Positions 8,261-16,675 of a stretch of DNA of 64,000 nt are shown here, piece by piece. The stretch is taken from positions 2,624,001-2,688,000 of the forward strand of contig OY762069.1 in NCBI GenBank assembly GCA_963665095.1. The letters run 5' to 3'. Positions within the stretch are counted from its first letter, which is position 1. Every line of letters begins with the position of its first letter. The DNA is from an uncultured Desulfobacter sp. (lineage in GTDB: Bacteria > Desulfobacterota > Desulfobacteria > Desulfobacterales > Desulfobacteraceae). Position numbers and translations under genes: made by a program. A model generated the notes under the pieces. The model worked only from the letters and a program-made list of their open reading frames with translations. It did not search any database and was not told where the DNA came from.

Positions 8261-8283
8261 CATAAATATTTAAGGAGACAATT

Positions 8284-8724
8284 ATGAATAAAGTTAATGA
8301 TGCAATCAATTCATTTTTTGTCAGACGGTGGCATGCCGCCAACCTTAAGCTTATCAGACAGCTTTATCCAGATGCCATTATGGATCGATTAGGGTTTGAA
8401 TGGTTGGTAATCCCCGAATTTGAACTGCCTAAAGTATACAATCAAAAAAATGCTTTCTTTAGAATGGATATGCCAGGATTAAACATCCATAATCATGAAG
8501 GATACAACTTCTATGTTTCCAAGGGTCTCACAAGGCCTGATTTGGAATCCTTCGAACATATATTTAACGAAAAGTATAATATTCATGCCAATAAAGGATT
8601 ATGCTGGCTGAGTCTTCACATTAAATCATTCAAGCCATCGTTATCCAATATAAATTCTGGCGATACCTTACTGAGCTTGATCCAGAATGTATATAATTTT
8701 CTGGCACTTAAAAAAGGATTGTAA
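8284..8724 (+). CDS. Prokaryotic E2/UBC-fold protein (family E-like)
   Basis: WLVIPEFELPKVYN...MP...FYV..GL...WLSLH..FKP...GDTLLSLI pattern and position between the Ubl and E1 genes. Confidence 0.7.
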   Translation: MNKVNDAINSFFVRRWHAANLKLIRQLYPDAIMDRLGFEWLVIPEFELPKVYNQKNAFFRMDMPGLNIHNHEGYNFYVSKGLTRPDLESFEHIFNEKYNIHANKGLCWLSLHIKSFKPSLSNINSGDTLLSLIQNVYNFLALKKGL

Positions 8725-8727
8725 ACC

Positions 8728-10134
8728 ATGAAAATCAATTTTCTCGCAGTCCTGTTCAATCTTTTAAAAGAAATATTGTTTTGGGATGGAAAGGAGAAAC
8801 AGGTGTTCCTTTTCTGCCATCGTTCATCCTATAAAAACGAAACGACTCTTCATCCATATAAGATCCTCGAAGCAGATGAATCCGATTATACCCACCGGAG
8901 TTCTGGTTATTGCCAAATTGACAAGCCTTTCATTGACAGGGTCTATAATGAAGCGATAGCAGAACAGGCTGATATCATCAAAGTGCATTCGCATCCACCA
9001 GGCTACCCTGCCATTTTTTCACCTATTGATGAAGAAAAAGACCCTGAATTATTAAGGCATATCTCAGCACAGATTGAAGGGATTCAACTCGTATCTATTG
9101 TATTTGACCCGACATTTAAATCAGTTGACGGTTGGTATTATGACAGGGAAAACGATGCAATGCTGCCTGTGGAAAAAATATCAGTCATCAAAGAAAGCGA
9201 TCTTGATATCCTTTTGCCTGAAAGAAGTTCTCTATACCAAAAGCCTTTTGATCCGGTATTGGGCAGGACAGCGGCTGCATTCGGCACAGACCGTGTTATG
9301 AAGATCGGTTGCCTTACTATCGGCATTGTCGGTCTTGGGGGTATCGGAAGTGCATTATATGAAACCATTGCGAGAGATAAGCCTCAAAGAATAATCCTTT
9401 GCGATCCGGATGTTATCGAAAAATCAAACCTAAACAGGATATATGGGGCCACAAAAAAAGATATTGGGAGATACAAAGCAGAATTTTATGCTGGCCAAAT
9501 CAAAAAAATCAGCCCAGATACACCTGTCATTTTCTTCAACAAATCCTTATATGATCCAGAAGTCCAGCAAGCATTCACTCAGGCAGAAATAATTTTCGGA
9601 TGTGTCGATTCAGGGGCAAGGCTGTCCATCAACCAACTCTCGATGGCACACAACATACCCTATTTCGATCTTGGTGCATCAATCGTGAGCGATAAGGGAA
9701 GTCCTGAATACATCGGCGGACAAATATATACATGCATCCCTGGAAACAATGCATGCCTCTCCTGTGCTGGCTGTTTCAATCATCTTCTTTCAGAATACCG
9801 TTCACCCCTGGAAAGGAAAGCTGATGCTGAACAGGGCTATATCAAAGGAGAAGATGTCATTAATCCCTTGGTTGCATACCTTGACCAGATTATCGCAGGA
9901 CTGGGGTACAGCGAGTTCATAAAATACGTTTTTGGTCTGACAGAAAAACCTGCATTTAAGGTCTACTACGATGCTTTGAAGAACAAATTGGTCAGTTCTA
10001 ATTGCGAAACTGAATCCTGTATTGTCTGCCATAAGGATGGTTTTCTCGGCAAAGGCAACAAAGTGCCATTTCTCACACCAAAGGAGGACAAGGAGGATAG
10101 AAACCTGCTCACTGTCCTTGAATCAACGGAATAA
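8728..10134 (+). CDS. JAB/MPN peptidase-ThiF/E1 adenylyltransferase fusion
   Basis: N-terminal HSHP...FSPID JAMM motif; GIVGLGGIGS, DPDVIEKSNLNR, GCVDS, Zn pairs CLSC and CIVC. Confidence 0.9.
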   Translation: MKINFLAVLFNLLKEILFWDGKEKQVFLFCHRSSYKNETTLHPYKILEADESDYTHRSSGYCQIDKPFIDRVYNEAIAEQADIIKVHSHPPGYPAIFSPIDEEKDPELLRHISAQIEGIQLVSIVFDPTFKSVDGWYYDRENDAMLPVEKISVIKESDLDILLPERSSLYQKPFDPVLGRTAAAFGTDRVMKIGCLTIGIVGLGGIGSALYETIARDKPQRIILCDPDVIEKSNLNRIYGATKKDIGRYKAEFYAGQIKKISPDTPVIFFNKSLYDPEVQQAFTQAEIIFGCVDSGARLSINQLSMAHNIPYFDLGASIVSDKGSPEYIGGQIYTCIPGNNACLSCAGCFNHLLSEYRSPLERKADAEQGYIKGEDVINPLVAYLDQIIAGLGYSEFIKYVFGLTEKPAFKVYYDALKNKLVSSNCETESCIVCHKDGFLGKGNKVPFLTPKEDKEDRNLLTVLESTE

Positions 10135-10148
10135 AGGAGGACAATGAA

Positions 10149-10658
10149 ATGACTAATGATGATCTGCAAAATATTTTGCAACAAATACATGTTACCGAAA
10201 ATAGCAGGACGATCCATGACCCATTTCCAGACACATTACCTATCGATAACCAAGCTGCCCAATTAAGCCAAAAAAGAAAGAGGTTGGTCATTATACCGCT
10301 TACTGAAGACACTTTAAACAGTTTGTTTGAACAGAATGTCACAACTGGTATGGTTATCAATGGCCCAGTGGTGATAGATGAGACCAGGTCTGCTCACGTC
10401 GCTGGTTGCGGCCATGTCATCGGATTATCAGACAGCAACACCTTATCTGCAATATGTGGTGTTTGCAACCAGGTCGTCTGCACTCAGCCCCAATGTTCTG
10501 TGCGATGCGATAAATGTTCCTTAATCGTATGTCGAAAATGTGCTTCTGATGTGGATAGCAAAAATATCTGTTCAAACTGCCGGGGCTGGTATGTTTTCAA
10601 GAAGCGTGTCACTGATGCAATTTTGGGAATCCATCATATTCTTTCAAGGAAAATCTGA
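10149..10658 (+). CDS. Multi-zinc-finger protein (B-box/treble-clef-like)
   Basis: AAGGAGG RBS; CGH followed by ten more Cys (11 Cys + 1 His). Confidence 0.75.
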   Translation: MTNDDLQNILQQIHVTENSRTIHDPFPDTLPIDNQAAQLSQKRKRLVIIPLTEDTLNSLFEQNVTTGMVINGPVVIDETRSAHVAGCGHVIGLSDSNTLSAICGVCNQVVCTQPQCSVRCDKCSLIVCRKCASDVDSKNICSNCRGWYVFKKRVTDAILGIHHILSRKI

Positions 10659-10662
10659 AGCT

Positions 10663-12012
10663 ATGTATGATCCATTTGAAACAAATGCGCAACTGGAAAG
10701 ACAGCAGCAGCCTGCAAACAATCATTTTTCTGATTATGAGCAGCTTAAACTTCTGAAGCAAGCAAAATCTGTATATCTGAGCAACGATGATCGTTTTCAG
10801 AAACTGTTACAGGCTGCAACAATCAATCAGGATACTGAGTTTCTGGCAATGGCACAGGAATATCTAAATGAAAAAATTATGCAGAGCCTGACTGATCCAC
10901 ATCCTTTTGAGTCGCCCTCTGCACAAGTTTCATCGATGCCAATGCCTGACCACCCAATACTTATGGGAAAGATCAAACGGGAAGAGCACAGGCCTTTTCT
11001 ATACAAAAAAGATGCCCTCAATCAGCACATATTAATTACTGGCGGAGCCGGTACAGGGAAAACAAATTTACTTTACTCTCTTGTTTTGCAGGTCATCTTC
11101 TATGGTCTATATGTCCTAATATTCGACCGTGACAAAAAAGATTTCCGACACCTGAAAAATTTCAAATTAGGTAAAGATATCATCGTTTTGAGGGTCAAGG
11201 ATTTCTTCTTCAATTTTCTTCAAGTCCCGTCAAATGTCACACCGCAGGAATGGATTATCAGCTTCTGTTTTATATTCACCCATTATTTCGATCTTCTTGC
11301 AGGTTCTGAGGGCTTTCTTATCCCGATTATCACTTCATTATACAGAGACTACGGAATTTTCGATGGCAAGACCACATATCCCAGCCTTAATGATCTCTAT
11401 GACCGTGTTAAAGCTCTCCCTGTCAAAGGTTACTCAATGCGGTTCAAGGACACAATCCTTAACCGGCTTGAATCATTCCTGGCTCTTTACGGTCCTGCCT
11501 GTGAAGTCTCTCAAGGCATTCCTATCGAATATATCGCCAGTAACAACATTGTATTTGAGATATCAGAACTGACCGAACGTGCATCAAGGTTCTTTGTTGG
11601 AGTAATCCTCATGGCATTGTTTAAGCATCGCATTGCTTCAGGGATGATAGGAAATATTGTACGAAATATCGCAGTCATTGATGAATGCAGGTATTTGGTC
11701 CCGCCAGGTTACAATCAGAATCTAAATTTCAGCCCATTGACCTCCCTTCTTTCCCAATCACGAGATGCTGGTATTGGTATTATCCTTTCAGATCAGTCGG
11801 CACAGTTGGAACCAGCGGTTTTCGTGAACACCAGATGCAAGCTCACTTTCCGTCTTGGTAATGGCTTTGATATCAAAAAAATCGCTCAATCGATGTCCCT
11901 CACCAGAGAACAGGAGGCTTATATAACCAGTATGGGTGTTGGAGAGGCTATTGCAAAAATTCCACAGGATGACCCGTTTGTCATCCAGACACTTCCTGTA
12001 AATATTGAATAA
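10663..12012 (+). CDS. HerA/VirB4/FtsK-superfamily P-loop ATPase (DUF87-like)
   Basis: HILITGGAGTGKT Walker A, IAVIDE Walker B, SRDAGIGIILSDQS; ATG 10663 follows AAGGA. Confidence 0.85.
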   Translation: MYDPFETNAQLERQQQPANNHFSDYEQLKLLKQAKSVYLSNDDRFQKLLQAATINQDTEFLAMAQEYLNEKIMQSLTDPHPFESPSAQVSSMPMPDHPILMGKIKREEHRPFLYKKDALNQHILITGGAGTGKTNLLYSLVLQVIFYGLYVLIFDRDKKDFRHLKNFKLGKDIIVLRVKDFFFNFLQVPSNVTPQEWIISFCFIFTHYFDLLAGSEGFLIPIITSLYRDYGIFDGKTTYPSLNDLYDRVKALPVKGYSMRFKDTILNRLESFLALYGPACEVSQGIPIEYIASNNIVFEISELTERASRFFVGVILMALFKHRIASGMIGNIVRNIAVIDECRYLVPPGYNQNLNFSPLTSLLSQSRDAGIGIILSDQSAQLEPAVFVNTRCKLTFRLGNGFDIKKIAQSMSLTREQEAYITSMGVGEAIAKIPQDDPFVIQTLPVNIE

Positions 12013-12022
12013 TGGGGCAATC

Positions 12023-12247
12023 ATGAACCTTTACCAGATAATTATATCGCTCATAGTCCTCATATTGTTTGTCCATGTATTTGAAGCAAAAGAGGCAATG
12101 ACAGAGTTCATAAACCGGCTTTTTGATATACCGAAATTCTCGGATTACGGGTCGAACGAGCCGATTTTCAAAATTGTTGTTCGGGCAATTTATCTCATTA
12201 CCTTGGTTGGTATCATTAAACTGTTTGTAAACAGGGGGAAAAAATGA
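12023..12247 (+). CDS. Small two-TM membrane protein
   Basis: 74 aa, two hydrophobic segments; stop overlaps the next start. Confidence 0.55.
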   Translation: MNLYQIIISLIVLILFVHVFEAKEAMTEFINRLFDIPKFSDYGSNEPIFKIVVRAIYLITLVGIIKLFVNRGKK

Positions 12248-13032
12248 AGATGTACCAGAGAAATGTTACAGATGCGTTTATCCATATGGACACTCAGGCA
12301 AATCTTTCATCAATAATAGATCAGTTTATCGTCCCACGGGTTATCCTTGGAAATTCAGTCAAAGAAAACAAGCCAGTTATCCATAACAAATCTGATGATA
12401 AAAAAATTGTAGAAAAAGCCTCTGAAGATGAGATCCTAGTTCTTGAAAGCATTTTTGAGAATCTAAACCTGCCTTTAAAAAAACGACAGGCCTTGCTTGG
12501 TCTTTCACCCTATATGATGAACAAATTAAAAATTTCAATTATTGAAAAGGGATATTCTTTACAGCTTGATATCAACCTCGGAAAAGAATTCGGCGGAAAA
12601 ATCGTATTATTGGCACTCACTGATAAAGGTCACGATGTTATCGGCAAGGAGCCTTATCTACCAAGACCCTACAAACGGGAATCATTAGAGCATGTATGGT
12701 GGAAATACAATCTCTGGCTGTCATACAAAAACAAGAATATCCCTGCTGAGATCGAACAGGTCAGAAATGGAAAGCATGTTGATATCGGCATTCGTATAAA
12801 TGAACAGAATATAGCAATTGAGGTCGAGCTATCGGCCAAAAATGCCATTACAAACATCATTCAGGATATCAAAGTTGGCTTTGATCGTGTCCTTTCATGC
12901 TCAAAAAGCAAGACATTAGAGAAAGCTATCATACAGCAGTTTGAATCGCATCCTGACTACCTGAAGCTAAAAGATAAAATTGAGTTCCGGCAGTTGTCTG
13001 ACTCCGGATTTGTAAAGGAGATAGCAAAATGA
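12244..13032 (+). CDS. wHTH plus PD-(D/E)XK-like nuclease (replication-relaxation-like)
   Basis: wHTH ending LALTDKG, then ESLEH and HVDIG...IAIEVELS. Confidence 0.6.
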   Translation: MKMYQRNVTDAFIHMDTQANLSSIIDQFIVPRVILGNSVKENKPVIHNKSDDKKIVEKASEDEILVLESIFENLNLPLKKRQALLGLSPYMMNKLKISIIEKGYSLQLDINLGKEFGGKIVLLALTDKGHDVIGKEPYLPRPYKRESLEHVWWKYNLWLSYKNKNIPAEIEQVRNGKHVDIGIRINEQNIAIEVELSAKNAITNIIQDIKVGFDRVLSCSKSKTLEKAIIQQFESHPDYLKLKDKIEFRQLSDSGFVKEIAK

Positions 13033-14081
13033 TTTTTGATGATAGGAATAATTTCACCAAAAACGATGTAATCAAATCATATAGCTATCTTTCTCACAGA
13101 CAACATGGATTTACAGAGCTTTTAGCTATCCACAAAGATTATAAGCCAGGCAGACAGAATTTTAAGTTAAATCTCGAAAACAAGAGATTGCCAAAAGTCT
13201 GGTATACGAAAAATATAAACCATGTCCTTTGGTTCGTATCAAAGTATCATAAGGATCATACGTGCTGTTATGGTGTCAATCCACGGCCAGGAATTCTGAT
13301 AAATCAAAAAGGCAGGATCAGAAGCGCAAAAGAAGACGATATCAAAATACTAAATAATTTCTATTTCGATATCGATTGCAAAAAGCCGAAATCAGAATTA
13401 ACAGATGAATATTTTGCCGAAGTCCAATTCTTTATCGCAGGAACTGAATGCTTTTTTGAAGACCGGGGTATAAATCCGCCAGGTATCGCTTTTTCAGGCA
13501 GAGGTTTCCACCTTCTCTTCACTCCAATCCCGATTCAAGTTGATAAACATCCAGACATCAAACAAAAAATTATCCAGTTTAAAATCGACTATGAACAATA
13601 TTGCAAAGATTGTCTGGAAAAGCTCAATCTTAAAATCGATTCAACTCTCGACCTTAGACGAATGGTCAAGATCTATGGGACAAGCAAACCCAATGTCTAT
13701 AGGCCATCATTGTTTTATGACATGGAACGAGTTGAAGATCCTGCCCTCACGAAATACCTGATAAACATTGAGGTCGATAATGATTCACCAGCCAAATCAG
13801 TGGTCTATATAAGTTCTGGGCTTCCGCAGAATTTCCAACGAATTTTGGAAAATAACCAATTAATCCAGAAAATCTGGGATGGAACCGGAAAGACTCAAGG
13901 TGATGTTTCAAACTCCGGCTACGATTTCTCATTGGTGAAACTTTGCCTGAAGAACCATATCACTGACATAAATGATTTATCAACGATTCTTGCCTTAAGG
14001 CCGAACGGAGCTTTCCAGAAAAGCGGGAAAGATGAAACGTATATTAAGAGGACTGTAAGCAAGGCCATAATGTCATGTTAA
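13029..14081 (+). CDS. Archaeo-eukaryotic primase superfamily (RepB/prim-pol-like) protein with helical C-terminal domain
   Basis: YGVNPR, FYFDID, FSGRGFHL, DLRRMVKIYGT; C-terminal DVSNSGYDFSL. Confidence 0.8.
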   Translation: MIFDDRNNFTKNDVIKSYSYLSHRQHGFTELLAIHKDYKPGRQNFKLNLENKRLPKVWYTKNINHVLWFVSKYHKDHTCCYGVNPRPGILINQKGRIRSAKEDDIKILNNFYFDIDCKKPKSELTDEYFAEVQFFIAGTECFFEDRGINPPGIAFSGRGFHLLFTPIPIQVDKHPDIKQKIIQFKIDYEQYCKDCLEKLNLKIDSTLDLRRMVKIYGTSKPNVYRPSLFYDMERVEDPALTKYLINIEVDNDSPAKSVVYISSGLPQNFQRILENNQLIQKIWDGTGKTQGDVSNSGYDFSLVKLCLKNHITDINDLSTILALRPNGAFQKSGKDETYIKRTVSKAIMSC

Positions 14082-14272
14082 TGTCAAAAACCCGAAATAA
14101 AAAACCGCCGCGCAAAAAACGGCAGAATAATTCCCTGAAGATCACCTATGAATTTTTGCCGCCAGGTTCCTTGAAGCGCAGACTGCCAGGTTCGGAACAA
14201 TCTGCCAAGCAAAGATGGGAAGAGATTCTTGACATATGTGCTGAAACAATAATCGATAATTCCAAAAAATGA
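14081..14272 (+). CDS. Small basic protein, candidate recombination directionality factor
   Basis: 63 aa, Lys/Arg-rich, start overlaps the primase stop, immediately upstream of the recombinase. Confidence 0.4.
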   Translation: MSKTRNKKPPRKKRQNNSLKITYEFLPPGSLKRRLPGSEQSAKQRWEEILDICAETIIDNSKK

Positions 14273-14396
14273 CTTTCTCATTTGTACAGTCCCTACAAGA
14301 GTCGATACTATCTTTTTATGATTTATTGCTTGTCAATATTTTAATTTTGGTTTACCATTTCATACAGTTTCTAAATCTTAAACAAAGGACACTGTT

Positions 14397-16037
14397 ATGA
14401 AAAATAGAAAGTGTGCTCTTTATATCCGGGTTTCAACATTGAGGCAGGCAAGTGTTGAGGATGGTTCCCTGGATGCTCAGGAGTCAAGGTTAAGGAAATA
14501 TGTCGATTATGAAAACAGCAGGGATACATTTTGGGAAATATCCGGTGTTTATAGAGAAGAAGGCAGGTCTGGAAAAGACCTCAACCGCCCAGAGTTCCAA
14601 AGGATGATTCAGGATATCAACTCCGGAAAAATAAACACAGTCATCGTATACAAGATTGATCGGCTGACAAGATCGTTGAAAGATTTTTCCAACCTTTGGG
14701 ACCAATTACAGGACAAAGGTGTCGAAATAATCTCATTGAACGAAAAATTCGATACGACAACCGCCATCGGAAGGGCAATGATAAACATCATTCTTGTGTT
14801 CGCACAATTAGAAAGGGAACAGACAAGCGAGCGTACAGCTACAACCATGCAATACCGTGCAGAACAAGGCCTTTGGAACGGCGGCAGGGTTATTGGCTAT
14901 GACCTTGATCCGGATGATAAAGGGACTTTGAAGATCAATGAGGATCAGGCAAAAATTGTGAAAAGAGCATTCAATCTATGCGTTGAGACAGGTTCAGCGG
15001 GCCAGGTCCAGAAGATGTTAAACGAGCTTGGCTACCGGATGCCTGTCTATGAATCAAGGCGTGGAAAAAAGCATGGCGGTAATCTGTTCAACAAGCAAGC
15101 TATCATAAAAATGCTACAAAACCCTGTATATGTCGGCCAGATCACATGGAACGGAGAACAGTATGAAGGAAGGCATGATCCAATCGTTGATGAAAATTTG
15201 TTTTCCAAGGTCCAGGGCATCCTTGGCAAGAACCGGAAAACCAGGTCAAACAGCAAGATGCCAAGAGAGCATACCTATCTTTTGCAAGGGATACTTACCT
15301 GCGGCAAATGCGGGTCTATGATGACGCCCAAAAGTGGGATAGGCCGTTCTAACAGATATTATTATTACCAATGCACCAAACAGGCTCATATTGGAAAGGA
15401 TGCCTGTGATGTCCGGTATGTGCCAGCAGAACCAATTGAAAATTTTGTCGTTGAAAGGGTCAGAGAGCTGACAACTAATGAAGAGGAAATCGATAAGATT
15501 ATCCAAAGGGCAAACAAGAACAGTGATCATAAGATCAGGGAATTGGCAGACACAAAAACGAGCGTTTCCAATAACCTGCAAGAAATAAACAAGAAATTGA
15601 ACCAGATAATAGATTCGATTGAAAACGGAAGCCTAAAAATTTTTGATTCATTAAACAACAGGATAGAATCATTGGAAAAAGAGAGATCAGATGCAGAGGA
15701 TAGGCTGAAATCCATTGATTTTGACATAATGAAGCTTGAACAGGACAGGCTTTCATCTGAGGTCATGAGCCAATCATTCAAATCATTTAAGGATATAATC
15801 GATAAGGCCAAGCCTCAGAAACTTAAAGAGCTGCTGTACAGGATTGTCGAAGTTGTTGAATGGCATGAAAATGATGAAGATAGGGCTTCAGGCCACTGCA
15901 AAATATCATATTTTGAGCAGCCTTACCTAAACTTGCCCCAAAATAAAAAACTGGACGACCAGTGTGGTGAACACCGGTTCGCCCAGAGTATTGTTTGGCT
16001 CCCCAGCACGGACTTGAACCGCGGACTTAGTGGTTAA
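14397..16037 (+). CDS. Large serine recombinase (integrase)
   Basis: YIRVST catalytic motif, DRLTR, recombinase domain, CGKCG...YYQC...C zinc ribbon, coiled coil. Confidence 0.95.
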   Translation: MKNRKCALYIRVSTLRQASVEDGSLDAQESRLRKYVDYENSRDTFWEISGVYREEGRSGKDLNRPEFQRMIQDINSGKINTVIVYKIDRLTRSLKDFSNLWDQLQDKGVEIISLNEKFDTTTAIGRAMINIILVFAQLEREQTSERTATTMQYRAEQGLWNGGRVIGYDLDPDDKGTLKINEDQAKIVKRAFNLCVETGSAGQVQKMLNELGYRMPVYESRRGKKHGGNLFNKQAIIKMLQNPVYVGQITWNGEQYEGRHDPIVDENLFSKVQGILGKNRKTRSNSKMPREHTYLLQGILTCGKCGSMMTPKSGIGRSNRYYYYQCTKQAHIGKDACDVRYVPAEPIENFVVERVRELTTNEEEIDKIIQRANKNSDHKIRELADTKTSVSNNLQEINKKLNQIIDSIENGSLKIFDSLNNRIESLEKERSDAEDRLKSIDFDIMKLEQDRLSSEVMSQSFKSFKDIIDKAKPQKLKELLYRIVEVVEWHENDEDRASGHCKISYFEQPYLNLPQNKKLDDQCGEHRFAQSIVWLPSTDLNRGLSG

Positions 16038-16071
16038 CAGCCACTCGCTCTGCCAACTGAGCTACTGGGGA
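15996..16071 (-). tRNA. tRNA-Asn(GTT)
   Basis: Reverse complement TCCCCAGTAGCTCAGTTGGCAGAGCGAGTGGCT-GTT-AACCACTAAGTCCGCGGTTCAAGTCCGTGCTGGGGAGCCA; 76 nt, cloverleaf, encoded CCA. Confidence 0.97.
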
Positions 16072-16214
16072 GCAGGGGTCTTTCAACAAGACTTGGGGGT
16101 TATATATCAGGCAGTTCTCTTTGTCAAGCAAATTCAATAAAAAATTTGACATCCTTACCCCATAAGATTATTCTTAAGTTCGGTCACAAAAAATCAGTAA
16201 CGAAAGGACAACCA

Positions 16215-16571
16215 ATGGACATTAACACTATCCAGGGTATGAATACCTACGCCGCTTTTAACACGACAAAGGCAGACGAAAGGCTTGTCCAGACCAACCA
16301 GGAAGCGGCAAACACCAACACAAGTATAGAAAGCATCCAAACCGTTCAGGAAGCGTTCCAGGTTGATATTACCCAGGAAGCCCTGGACATGCAGGCCGAA
16401 AACACCGGAAATCTGCCGGCAGAAGAGGCCGCAGCAACCCAGACAGAAACTAACCAGGTAGAAATCACCCAGACTGAGACCGGCGGGACACAGACAAACC
16501 AACCCCCACAAGCGTCTTTTTCCCAGGGCCAGACACAGCAGGTCAGTCAGCTTGTAGACATCCTGGCATAA
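16215..16571 (+). CDS. Low-complexity Gln/Thr-rich hypothetical protein
   Basis: AAGGA RBS; TQT(E/N) repeats; ends LVDILA. Confidence 0.65.
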   Translation: MDINTIQGMNTYAAFNTTKADERLVQTNQEAANTNTSIESIQTVQEAFQVDITQEALDMQAENTGNLPAEEAAATQTETNQVEITQTETGGTQTNQPPQASFSQGQTQQVSQLVDILA

Positions 16572-16675
16572 AGCAACTATACCTTATTATAAACAATGCA
16601 CACAAAAAAACGCGCACATCTGATATCTCCCGTACCCACTGACATGTAACGTTAACCCCTGAAAAAGAGACAATC

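Larger units (their letters stand above)
1..16037. mobile_element. Integrated element (genomic island / integrative element) inserted at the 3' end of tRNA-Asn; left end lies outside the window
   Basis: Large serine recombinase abutting and overlapping a tRNA 3' end; primase, ATPase and nuclease genes; visibly more AT-rich than host genes right of 16,100; no second tRNA 3' fragment found in the window. Confidence 0.85.

Noticed and set aside
7979..10134. ThiS/ThiF or MoaD/MoeB cofactor biosynthesis genes, or CBASS
   Set aside because: No thiamine, molybdopterin or cysteine synthesis genes nearby, an E2-like gene is present, and no CD-NTase cyclase is seen
1..16037. Prophage
   Set aside because: No terminase, portal, capsid, tail or lysis genes recognised in the visible part
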